This document shows positions 37,610-48,100 of a DNA stretch of 64,000 bases, in pieces (position 1 is the first letter of the stretch; the number at the start of each line of letters is the position of its first letter). A model generated the notes under the pieces. The model had not been told where the DNA came from and did not search any database. It saw only the letters and a program-made list of their open reading frames with translations. This stretch comes from a virus, in IMG/VR virus record IMGVR_UViG_3300032242_000550, positions 64,001 to 128,000 of that record, one strand, 5' to 3'. A program made the position numbers and the translations under genes.

Positions 37610-38536
37610 ATGGATATTGGTGCAGGAATAACATTTGGTCAGGGTGTGAATATTGTTTATATACCTCCACCAACAAGTAAAGCTATATTTGGATTTGGAT
37701 ATAGTACTACTTTTACAAATATAACTAATTTAGTCTCAACCACAGGTGTAGTAGCTACTGATACCACAGGGGTAGGTACTGTTAGACAAGGACTTGCAGC
37801 GGCAGGTTACGGAACAGATAAAGCTATTTTTGGATTTGGTGACTACTACTCCTTTGGCAACGATTATTTCTCAATAACCAATCTAGTATCAAATACCGGT
37901 GTAGTAGCCGCAGACAACGGAACGGTTGGTCTTGCAAGAGGCTGGCTCGCCGCTACAGGTTACGGTACTGATAAAGCTATTTTTGGATTTGGAGTTAATT
38001 ACGGCGGTGGGCGTAGTGAAACTAATCTAGTATCAAACACCGGTGTAGTTGCAACTGATACCGCTGGTGTAGGGTTTGCTAGACGATATCTAGCAGCCGC
38101 AAGATATGGAACTGATAAAGCTATATTTGGATATGGCGGCGGTGCCTCTTGGTATTCAATGACCAATTTAGTATCAAATACTGGTGTAGTTGCTAGTGAT
38201 ACCACTGGTGTAGGTACTGCTAGGATGTACTTAGCAGCCGCAGGGTATGGCAATGATAAAGCTATATTTGGTTATGGCTCATCTATATCCGGAGTACAAT
38301 CATTAACAAATTTAGTAAGTAACACCGGTGTTGTTTCTACCGATACAACCGGAGTCGGTACTGCTAGAAATGCATTAGCAGCCGCAAGTTATGGTGTTGA
38401 TACTGCTATTTTTGGTTATGGATCCGGACCAACTGCAATAACCAATTTAGTTTCAAACACCGGTGTTGTTTCTACCGATACAACCGGGGTTGGTACTGCT
38501 AGAACCGGATTAGCAGCCTCAAATTATTCAACATAA
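37610..38536 (+). CDS. Six-repeat Kelch-like beta-propeller protein, paralogue 5
   Basis: Same repeat x6 (first three blades FGFG). Confidence 0.7.
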   Translation: MDIGAGITFGQGVNIVYIPPPTSKAIFGFGYSTTFTNITNLVSTTGVVATDTTGVGTVRQGLAAAGYGTDKAIFGFGDYYSFGNDYFSITNLVSNTGVVAADNGTVGLARGWLAATGYGTDKAIFGFGVNYGGGRSETNLVSNTGVVATDTAGVGFARRYLAAARYGTDKAIFGYGGGASWYSMTNLVSNTGVVASDTTGVGTARMYLAAAGYGNDKAIFGYGSSISGVQSLTNLVSNTGVVSTDTTGVGTARNALAAASYGVDTAIFGYGSGPTAITNLVSNTGVVSTDTTGVGTARTGLAASNYST

Positions 38537-38568
38537 AATCGCAACACAAAATAAAAGGATAACATATT

Positions 38569-39417
38569 ATGGATATTGGTGCAGGAATAACATTTGGTCA
38601 GGGTGTGAATATAACACCGCAACCACCTTCAATTACATTTCTTATAATAGCAGGTGGAGGAGGCGGTGGTAGTTACGGCGGTAGCGGTGGCGGCGCAGGT
38701 GGTTATATCACTACCACTGCAGCCTATGCGCCAGGGACGGTTTATACGGTTACTGTTGGCGCAGGTGGGACAGGTGGTACAGCATTTGATAAAGGTACTA
38801 GCGGGGCAAATAGTTCCGTTACAGGCTTTACTACTGCAGTGGGAGGTGGTGCTGGATCTGGCGCATTTAGTGCTGCTTTAAGTGGTGGTTCAGGAGGCGG
38901 TGCCGGTTACCCATCAAGTCCAACTGGAGGTTCAGGCATAATAGGACAAGGATTTGCTGGTGGTTCAAGTGGAGGTCAACTTTACATTGGCTCTGGTGGC
39001 GGCGGCTCTAGTGGTGTTGGTATTGACAGTGGTACTTCACCAACATATATTGCAGGAAATGGTGGGCCTGCTACTGCATCAATAATTACGGGTGCTTCCG
39101 TATATCGAGCCGGTGGCGGTGGCGGTGGCGTTGGCATCACAGCAGGCGGCACCGCCGGTAGTGGCGGTGGCGGTGGGGCAGGAAACGGTGGCAATCAAAG
39201 CGCCGCTCCTACTGCTGGAGCAGTAAACACCGGTAGTGGTGGAGGTGGCTCGGGTAGTGGTGCCGGTTATACTGGCGCTGCGGGTGGATCAGGTGTGGTT
39301 ATAATATCAGTACCAAGTACTTCCTACAGCGGTACAACCACCGGTTCACCTACAGTAATAACTTCTGGCAGTAATACTATTATGCAATTTAATTCATCGG
39401 GAAGTTATACATCGTGA
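38569..39417 (+). CDS. Glycine-rich (polyglycine-type) adhesin-like virion protein
   Basis: FLIIAGGGGGG...GGGAGGY, YTVTVGAGG, GGSGVVII, F.SSGSYT; same leader as propellers 4 and 5. Confidence 0.7.
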   Translation: MDIGAGITFGQGVNITPQPPSITFLIIAGGGGGGSYGGSGGGAGGYITTTAAYAPGTVYTVTVGAGGTGGTAFDKGTSGANSSVTGFTTAVGGGAGSGAFSAALSGGSGGGAGYPSSPTGGSGIIGQGFAGGSSGGQLYIGSGGGGSSGVGIDSGTSPTYIAGNGGPATASIITGASVYRAGGGGGGVGITAGGTAGSGGGGGAGNGGNQSAAPTAGAVNTGSGGGGSGSGAGYTGAAGGSGVVIISVPSTSYSGTTTGSPTVITSGSNTIMQFNSSGSYTS

Positions 39418-39484
39418 GCTACTTTTTAAAAGATTAAAAGTCATTAGATAAACCAATAAATAAATTAATATCAAGGATAAAGAA

Positions 39485-39847
39485 ATGGCACATTTTGCAC
39501 AAATAGATGAAAACAACATCGTTACCCAAGTTATTGTAATAGAGCAATATGTATTGGATACCGGTCTATTTGGTGATCCAATTAATTGGATTCAAACAAG
39601 CTATAACACAATAGGTGGTGTACACAAATTAGGTGGTACACCATTACGTAAAAATTATGCTGGTATAGGTTATACTTATGATAGTACAAGAGATGCATTT
39701 ATACCACCTAAACCTTTTAACAGTTGGGTATTAAATGAAACTAGTTGCATATATGAAGCTCCTACACCTAAACCAGCTGACTACCCGAATATACAGTATG
39801 TTTGGGATGAACCAACACTAAGTTGGATAGAATTCACTGATGTGTAA
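39485..39847 (+). CDS. Small partner / putative fibre assembly protein (MAHFAQIDENN family)
   Basis: 120 aa; WIQTSYN, RKNYAGIGYTYD..RDAFIPPKP..SW; close paralogue at 63341. Confidence 0.7.
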   Translation: MAHFAQIDENNIVTQVIVIEQYVLDTGLFGDPINWIQTSYNTIGGVHKLGGTPLRKNYAGIGYTYDSTRDAFIPPKPFNSWVLNETSCIYEAPTPKPADYPNIQYVWDEPTLSWIEFTDV

Positions 39848-39862
39848 TAAAGGTGTTTTTGC

Positions 39863-40228
39863 CTATAATGTATAATCTGTATCAACTGTAATATCTAAAA
39901 TACTTTTACTTTTTTCTTTTAACTTCTTTTTATACAATCTACTACAGTTTGCACATAACGTTTTTAAATTACTTTTTTCTTTGTTTTTTCTATTACTATC
40001 TTTGTAAATAACATCTAGTTGGCATTTATCTTCCGGAATAAATCCACACTTCTCACATCTGTTCTTTTTATGTAATAGATAGCCGTGTTTTGGATTATAT
40101 GCGGCTTTACTACACTCAACACAATACTTGTGCCATTTTGTAAACCCATGCTTACTAATACCGTTCGGCTTTGATAACGATATATTACAGTTTTCACATA
40201 AAGGTCTTGGCGGTTGTCTGGTTAACAT
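39863..40228 (-). CDS. Zinc-binding, degenerate HNH-fold protein
   Basis: Four CxxC pairs; CEKCGF...QLDVIYKD.N..N...SNLKTLCANCSR has the HNH layout but lacks the catalytic histidines. Confidence 0.6.
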   Translation of the reverse strand: MLTRQPPRPLCENCNISLSKPNGISKHGFTKWHKYCVECSKAAYNPKHGYLLHKKNRCEKCGFIPEDKCQLDVIYKDSNRKNKEKSNLKTLCANCSRLYKKKLKEKSKSILDITVDTDYTL

Positions 40229-40329
40229 AACTTATTTAGAAAAAAGATTTATTGGATGCTTTTTTCCACGGGGCAAATTATATATATCTGATAAATATAT
40301 AATTAATATAATAATTTTCGGGACACAAT

Positions 40330-43300
40330 ATGGCAGCAGATGATTTCAATTCGTTAGGCGGGTACTCAATTGGTATACCGCCTGTTCCCGTAATTGATGC
40401 TAATGGTAATGTTGTTACAAACGTATTAGCTACAAGTGGAAATGTTGCCGCAGCCAACATATATGGTGGTAATTATTTTTATGCAAATGGTAGACCCTTC
40501 ACAGGAGGGGTAGATCCAGGTGGTCCAAATACTAGTATTCAATATAATAACAACACGTTTTTTGATGGTAGTACAAATTTTACATTTGACAATACTACAA
40601 ACTTAGTAACAGTACCAAATTTAAATGTAACCGGCACAAGTAATTTAGGCCCTATAGGTAATATTACTATTGGTGGCGGTAATTCAGGATATGCATTAAC
40701 TACAGACGGATCTGGCGGATTATATTGGACACCTCCAGGTAGTGGTACTAGTGGAATTAGTAAAGGTACTAGTAATTTATTAGTTGTTAGTACTAATGGA
40801 AATATTGTTGCCGGTATTGGTGGTGTTCCCAACATATTAACAATTTCTACTAATGGAATTAATGTACTTGGTAATGTTGTTGCTAATAGATTCGTTGGAA
40901 ATATATTTGGTAGTGCAAATACAGTAGTTAACAACGCACAGCCAAACATCACTAGTGTTGGTAATTTAATATCATTAGATGTTGTTGGAAACATTAATGC
41001 AGGTAACGTAATAGCAACAACATTTGTTGGTAATTTAATTGGTAGCGCAAATACAGTAACTGATAATGCACAGCCAAATATCACAAGTGTTGGTACATTA
41101 ATAACATTAGATGTTACTGGTAACGCTAATGTAGGTGCATTACTAACAGATAGTATATTATATGCTAATGGCACACCTTATGTGTTTACAACTAATGCCG
41201 CAGGAAGTAATACACAAGTACAGTATAATAATAATAATGCGTTTAGTGGTATTGCAAATTTCACATTTGATAATACTAGTAATACATTAACAGTTACTAA
41301 TATCATTGCTAATGGAGCAGGATTAACATCATTAACTGGTGCAAACGTTACTGGTGAAGTAGCTTATGCTAATATAGCTAATAATGTAGCTGTGGCAAAT
41401 GTTATAGGTATAGGTAATATTGCCACAACAAACTATGACGGAAATAGTAGTAATGTATTACATGGTGACGGTACTTGGAGTGCTGACCAAACTAATTATA
41501 GCAATAGTAATGTAGTTTCATTATTAAATGCATTTGGATCAAATAATATAACAACAACTGGTAATATTTCAGCAGGTAATCTTGCTGGAAACGGTTCTGC
41601 TATATCATCAATAACTGGTGCAAATGTTACCGGTCAAGTAAATTATGCTAATATAGCTAATAATGTAGCTGGCGCAAATGTCTCAGGTGCAGTAGCTTAT
41701 GCAACCACAGCTAATAGTGTAGCCGGAGCAAACGTATCTGGTCAAGTAAATTATGCTAATGTAGCTAATAATGTAGCTGGTTCTAATGTTTCTGGTCAAG
41801 TAAATTATGCCGCGGTTGCTAATTCAGTAGCAGGTGCTAATGTTTCTGGTACTGTTGCCAATGCAACACATGCAACTGTTTCTGACAGTGCAAATAGTGT
41901 AGCTGGTGCTAATGTGTCCGGTGCTGTTGCATTTGCGACAACAGCTAATAGTGTCGCTGGTTCTAATGTTTCTGGCGCTGTTGCATTTGCGACAACTGCT
42001 AATAGTGTTGCTGGTTCTAATGTTTCCGGTCAAGTAGGTAACAGTTTAGTTGCTGGTACCGTATATACAAATAGCCAGCCAAATATTACAAGTGTAGGTA
42101 CATTAACTAGCTTAACAGTATCTGGTAATGCTAATACAGGTAACTTGGGTACAAACAATTTTATTGCTACAGGCACAGGTAGTTTTGGTGCTAACATCAA
42201 CATGAACAATAAGTGGATAAACAATGTTGGTTATCCTAATCTAAACACTGATGTTGCTACAAAAGCATATGTTGATACGATGATATCTAGTGGTATCAGC
42301 TATCATCAACCAGTACAAGTTGCAACTACAACTACACTAGCAATCGCTACAGGTGGCACAACTGCTTATATACAACCAAATGGTGCGGGTAATGGTATAG
42401 GTGCATATATCAGTACTACAGGTACTTATTTAAATATTGACGGTGCAAATGTACAAACTGTTGGCACACGTATTTTAGTTAAAAATGAAGCTAATCAAGC
42501 ATGGAATGGTGTTTACACATATGCTAATACAACCGCTATTGTACGTTCTACTGATACAGATGAATATGGCCCGGATAGTGTACAACAATTAAGTATTAAT
42601 GACTATTTCTTTGTTCAAGGCGGTATTGTTAATGAAGGTGTTGCTTTCATTGTTAATGCACCAAGCGGTACAATTATTTTTGGTACTTCAAACATTACAT
42701 TTAGTCAGTTTAGTACAAGTCAGGTTTATAATGCTGGTACAGGATTAACATTAGATGGTACTATATTTAATATCAGTAATACTACAGTTACTTCAGGAAG
42801 TTATGGAAACGGTGATCGTGTTGCAACGTTTACAGTCAATAGTCAGGGTCAATTAACAGCCGCAAGTAATACAGCAATAACAGCAAATGCCGCTAACTTA
42901 ACTGGCACAACTCTTGCTAGTTCAGTAGTAAACAGTTCACTAACAAGTGTTGGTACATTAACTATTCTAACAGTATCAGGTAACATTACCGGTGCTAACA
43001 TATATGCTAACAGTGGTACAATTGGTGCAAATCTATTAACTGGTACATTAACAACCAATGCTCAACCAAATATTACAAGTACTGGCACATTAACTAATTT
43101 AGTTGTAACTGGTAATATAATTAGCGGCAATGTATATGCTAATAGTGGTACAATTGGGGCAAATCTATTAACTGGCACATTAACAACATCAGCACAACCA
43201 AATGTAACAAGTGTTGGTACATTAACTAATTTGGTTGTTACCGGTAATACAATTAGTGGTAATGTATATGCTAATAGTGGTACGATTGGTGCAAATCTAT

Positions 43301-45051
43301 TAACAGGTACACTAACAACTAATGCTCAACCAAATGTAACAAGTGTAGGATCATTGACTACCTTAACTGTTATTGGTAATGCTAATGTAGGTAATTTAGG
43401 CACAGCTGGATTAATTACTGCTACTGGGAACGTTTCTGGTGGTAATTTGACTACCGGTGGTGCAGTTGTAGCTACAGGAAATGGTACGTTTGGTAATATC
43501 ACTACGACTGGTACTGGTGGCAATATATATGGTGCTAATAATATCAGTGCTAATACGTTTACCGGAGTACTTACAACTAATGCACAGCCGAATATAACAA
43601 GTATTGGTACATTAACTAGTTTAATAGTTTCAGGTAATATTACGAGTGGTAATGTATATGCCAATAGTGGTACAATTGGTGCAAGTCTATTAACTGGTAC
43701 ACTAACTACATCAGCTCAACCAAACATAACAAGTACAGGTACACTAACTAGCTTAAGTGTTACTGGTAATGTTACTAGTGGTAATGTATATGCCAATAGT
43801 GGTACGATTGGTGCAAATCTATTAACCGGTACACTAACAACTAATGCTCAGCCAAACATAACAAGTACAGGTACGTTAACTAATTTAGTTGTTACCGGTA
43901 ATGTTACTAGTGGCAATGTATATGCCAATAGTGGTACGATTGGTGCAAGTTTATTGAATGGAGTATTGACCACTAGTGCCCAACCAAATATTACCAGTGT
44001 TGGTACATTAACTAGTATAACTGTATCCGGTACAAGTAATTTAGGTAGTGTGGGTAATGTAATAATTACGGGCGGTACTAGTGGTTATTATTTACAGACA
44101 AATGGATCAGGTGGGTTAAGTTGGTCATCAGTACCAACTGGTACCGGTATCAGTAATGGTAATAGTAATGTAAATATCCCGGTTATAAATGGCAATGTTA
44201 CTATATCTAGTGCAGGTAATGCTAATATTGTAGTAATTACTGGTACAGGTGCAAACATTAGTGGCACATTAAATGTAACTAGCAATATATATGCTAGTAA
44301 TTTTATTGCAAGCTCAAGTGGTAGTATTACTGGTGCTAATTTAGTATCAGCAAATTACTTTACAGGTACATTAACAACAGCGGCACAACCTAATATTACC
44401 AGTGTTGGCACATTAACTAGTTTAAGTGTTACTGGTAATATCAGTAGTGGAAATGCTAATTTAGGCAATAATGTTAGTGCTAATTATTTTACCGGTGACC
44501 TTTACGGAACAGCTAATCTAGCTACATATGCAACAACTGCAAATAGTGTAGCAGGGGCTAATGTATCTGGACAGGTAAGTAATAGTTTAGTAGCAGGTAC
44601 AGTATATACAAATAGCCAACCAAACATAACAAGTACTGGTACATTAACTAGTTTAAATGTATCTGGACCATTAGTAGCAAACACATTCCAAATGGGATAT
44701 GGTGTATATGCGTTTTATTCAACATCTGTATATTTTGCTACTACAGCAAGTACATCTCCTAATCAAGTTTTATGGAATTATCCGGCTGCAGACTTGACAG
44801 CCATTGATTTTACGATTATTGCAACAAATAGTTCTGGTTTAACTAGACAAAGTTGCAAAATTTCAGCCGCTATACTAGGAACTACCGTAGCATATAATGA
44901 ATATGGTGGTTTACATATAAATGGTGGCGTGGGCAGTTTTAGTGTGGTATATAACGGAAGTGGACCGACTCCAACATTGGATCTAATAGTCACCCCAGAC
45001 TCGTCGGACGTAACGGAATATAACATGTTAATTTCAAAATATCTGGTTTGA
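40330..45051 (+). CDS. Giant tail-fibre-like protein 1 (Asn/Gly/Thr-rich repeats)
   Basis: 1573 aa; AQPNITSVGTL and ANSVAGANVSG repeats, ATKAYVD...RILVKNE...NGVY module; GATAAATA at 40290. Confidence 0.75.
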   Translation: MAADDFNSLGGYSIGIPPVPVIDANGNVVTNVLATSGNVAAANIYGGNYFYANGRPFTGGVDPGGPNTSIQYNNNTFFDGSTNFTFDNTTNLVTVPNLNVTGTSNLGPIGNITIGGGNSGYALTTDGSGGLYWTPPGSGTSGISKGTSNLLVVSTNGNIVAGIGGVPNILTISTNGINVLGNVVANRFVGNIFGSANTVVNNAQPNITSVGNLISLDVVGNINAGNVIATTFVGNLIGSANTVTDNAQPNITSVGTLITLDVTGNANVGALLTDSILYANGTPYVFTTNAAGSNTQVQYNNNNAFSGIANFTFDNTSNTLTVTNIIANGAGLTSLTGANVTGEVAYANIANNVAVANVIGIGNIATTNYDGNSSNVLHGDGTWSADQTNYSNSNVVSLLNAFGSNNITTTGNISAGNLAGNGSAISSITGANVTGQVNYANIANNVAGANVSGAVAYATTANSVAGANVSGQVNYANVANNVAGSNVSGQVNYAAVANSVAGANVSGTVANATHATVSDSANSVAGANVSGAVAFATTANSVAGSNVSGAVAFATTANSVAGSNVSGQVGNSLVAGTVYTNSQPNITSVGTLTSLTVSGNANTGNLGTNNFIATGTGSFGANINMNNKWINNVGYPNLNTDVATKAYVDTMISSGISYHQPVQVATTTTLAIATGGTTAYIQPNGAGNGIGAYISTTGTYLNIDGANVQTVGTRILVKNEANQAWNGVYTYANTTAIVRSTDTDEYGPDSVQQLSINDYFFVQGGIVNEGVAFIVNAPSGTIIFGTSNITFSQFSTSQVYNAGTGLTLDGTIFNISNTTVTSGSYGNGDRVATFTVNSQGQLTAASNTAITANAANLTGTTLASSVVNSSLTSVGTLTILTVSGNITGANIYANSGTIGANLLTGTLTTNAQPNITSTGTLTNLVVTGNIISGNVYANSGTIGANLLTGTLTTSAQPNVTSVGTLTNLVVTGNTISGNVYANSGTIGANLLTGTLTTNAQPNVTSVGSLTTLTVIGNANVGNLGTAGLITATGNVSGGNLTTGGAVVATGNGTFGNITTTGTGGNIYGANNISANTFTGVLTTNAQPNITSIGTLTSLIVSGNITSGNVYANSGTIGASLLTGTLTTSAQPNITSTGTLTSLSVTGNVTSGNVYANSGTIGANLLTGTLTTNAQPNITSTGTLTNLVVTGNVTSGNVYANSGTIGASLLNGVLTTSAQPNITSVGTLTSITVSGTSNLGSVGNVIITGGTSGYYLQTNGSGGLSWSSVPTGTGISNGNSNVNIPVINGNVTISSAGNANIVVITGTGANISGTLNVTSNIYASNFIASSSGSITGANLVSANYFTGTLTTAAQPNITSVGTLTSLSVTGNISSGNANLGNNVSANYFTGDLYGTANLATYATTANSVAGANVSGQVSNSLVAGTVYTNSQPNITSTGTLTSLNVSGPLVANTFQMGYGVYAFYSTSVYFATTASTSPNQVLWNYPAADLTAIDFTIIATNSSGLTRQSCKISAAILGTTVAYNEYGGLHINGGVGSFSVVYNGSGPTPTLDLIVTPDSSDVTEYNMLISKYLV

Positions 45052-45104
45052 TTACCGGTACATAATTAAGAAAAAGATAAATACAAGCATAAGGACACAA
45101 TAAA

Positions 45105-48100
45105 ATGGCAATTAAAGCATTCAACTCAGTAGCTGGTTTTTCCGTAGGTGAAATACCCGCAAATATTATTCTAGCAAACGGCGATATAACGTCCGGTAAT
45201 GGCACTTTTACTGCAAATATTACTGCAGGTAATGTCAAAACTGATAATCTGTTATATGCTAACGGAACACCCTGGGATTTTCAATTACCCGGTGGGTCAA
45301 ATACATATGTTCAGTTTAATGATAACGGTGATTTTGGCGGTAGTGCTAACTTTATCTTTAATAAGTCAACTAGTATCCTGACTGTTACTGGTAATATTGC
45401 AGCTACGAATATCAATGCTGGAAACTTATTAACTGCTAACTATACAAATGCTGTATTAACAACTGCCGCTCAACCAAATATTACTAGTGTTGGTACACTA
45501 ACTGGTTTAGTTGTAGGTAATAGTACAGCTAATGTAACATTTAATACCAGTGGTAATGGTAGTTTAACTGCTACAGGTAATATCAGTGCTTCAAACTTCA
45601 TTGGTAACGTTGTTGGTAATATTTCAGGTAATATTGTTATCCCTGGTTCTAATACAGGTGTTGTGTTTAATGACCAAGGTAATGCTAATACAAGTACAGC
45701 ATTCACTTTTGATAAAGTAAGTAATGTAGTCAACATTACAGGTAATGCTAATGTTGGTAATTTAACAACTACAGGTACTGTATTTGCCCCAGCAGTAGTT
45801 CAAAACGCAAGTACATATGATACACGTGTTACATTAACTAGTAGTTCTGGTATAATTGAAGCAAATACTAATGGTAATGCTACCCAATTCTTACCAACTG
45901 GGGCAATACGTTTACCAGCATCCGGTACGATTCAGGCTAACACATCTGATGGTAGTCAAATTGTATTACAGGGTGATGCTTCTATCAAGCAATTACGTGG
46001 TGGTAATGTAACAATCCAAACAGGTACAGGTGGTACAACTGCTAATACTTGGACATTTGCACAGAGTGGTGCATTTATTGCCCCGGGTAATATCACTACA
46101 ACAGCTAATGCTAACGTTGGTAATTTAAACACAAGTGGCACAGCTAATATTGGTGCTTTAGTAATTTCAGGAACTACTCAAGGTAATTTAATACCTTCAG
46201 TAAGTAATACATATAGTTTGGGTAACTCAACAAACTATTGGAAAGATTTATTCTTGTCTGGTACAACTATTACTATTGGTAGTCAGACAATTTCTTCAAA
46301 TGCATCTGGTATAGTTATTTCTAATATACTATACACTTCAACTCTTAATACATCAGCTAATGCAAACGTTGGTAATTTAGGTACAAGTGGTTTAATTGTT
46401 GCTACTGGTAATATTACCGGCGGTAATTTAATAGGACCGCATGCAAATGGTAATAGTAATGTTAATATTGCAACTGCAAATGGTAATATCACATTAACTG
46501 CTGTTGGTAATACAACGATGACAGTATCTGGTACAGGTGCAAATATCACAGGTACTGCAAATGTTACAGGTAATGCTAACGTTGGTAACTTAGGTACAAC
46601 TAATTTAGTTGCATCAGGTACAGGTAGTTTTGGTGCTAATGTAAACATGAACAATTATTGGATAAACAACGTTGGTTATCCAAGTCTATCAACTGATGCG
46701 GCAACTAAAGCATATGTTGATAATATGGTATCAAGTGGTATTAATTATCACGCTCCAGTTAATGTCGCAACTACAACTACACTAGCAACAGCTACAGGCG
46801 GTACAATATCATACACACAACCAAATGGCGCAGCCAATGGTATTGGTGCATATATTAGCACAACTGGTACATTTACAAATATTGACGGTGTTAATATTGC
46901 TTCAGCAGGTACACGTATCTTAGTTAAAAATGAAGCTAATTCTGTGTTTAACGGTGTATACAACTACACAAACGCAACTGCTATTACAAGAACTACTGAT
47001 ACTGACGAATACGGCCCAGATAGTGTAGAACAGTTTAGTGTTAACGATTACTTCTTCACACAATCAGGTACAATTAATAAAGGTACATCCTTTGTAGTAA
47101 GTGCGCCAACTGGAGTAATTACATTTGGTACTTCAAACATTGAATTTAGTATTTTCAGTACTAGCCAAGTTTATAGTGCAGGTACTGGTATTGATATTAC
47201 CGGTACTACTATCAGCATAGCTAATACTGCAATAACTGCTGGTTCATATGGTAATGGTGATCGTGTAGCAACATTCACAGTTAACAATCAAGGTCAACTA
47301 ACTGCCGCAAGTAACACAGCTATAACAGCAAATGCGGCTAACTTGACAGGCACAACTCTTGCTGGTACTATCGTTAATAGCTCATTAACAAGTGTTGGCA
47401 GTTTAACAGGACTAACTGTAAGCAATGCAACTGGTGTAGTTAACTTTACAACTACATCTAATGTTACATTGGGTGCAGTAGCTAATTTACATATCTCTGG
47501 TGGTACTAGTGGTTATGTATTACAAACAGATGGTTCAGGTAATTTAAGTTGGGTTGGTATCAACTCAGCAGGTGTCAGTAATGGTAACAGTAATGTAAGT
47601 ATCCCAGTAGCAAATGGTAACGTTAATATTAGCGCAGCCGGTAATGCTAATGTATTGGTAGTTACAGGTACTGGCGCAAACGTTACTGGTAATGCAAACA
47701 TTACAGGTAACTTAAGTTTAGGTAGTGGGTCAGGTGGTAACTTAACAGGCGCTAATAACATTAGTGCTAACACATTCACTGGTACACTAACAACTAATGC
47801 ACAACCAAATATTACAAGTGTTGGTACACTAACAAGTTTAGCTGTTACAGGTAATATCACTGGTGGTAATGCTAACGTTACTGGTCAATTAATTTCTACA
47901 GTCGCTACAGGTACAGCTCCATTAGTAGTTACATCAACTACAACAGTTGCTAACTTGGCAGCAGCCACAGCAACAACAGCTGGTACAGTTACAACGGCAG
48001 CACAGCCAAATATTACAAGTGTTGGTAGTTTAACAGGACTAACAGTAAGCAACGCAACTGGTGTAGTTAACTTTACAACTACTGCTAACGTAACATTAGG

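Larger units (their letters stand above)
36651..38598 (+). repeat. Three identical 45-bp direct repeats spanning RBS + first 10 codons (36651-36695, 37595-37639, 38554-38598)
   Basis: aaaggataacatattatggatattggtgcaggaataacatttggt. Confidence 0.9.

Noticed and set aside
32752-38536. Diversity-generating retroelement or CRISPR-like array behind the repeat/variable pattern
   Set aside because: All repeats are in-frame coding with synonymous variation. The variable loops differ in length rather than only at adenines. No reverse transcriptase, non-coding template repeat or cas gene is present in the window.
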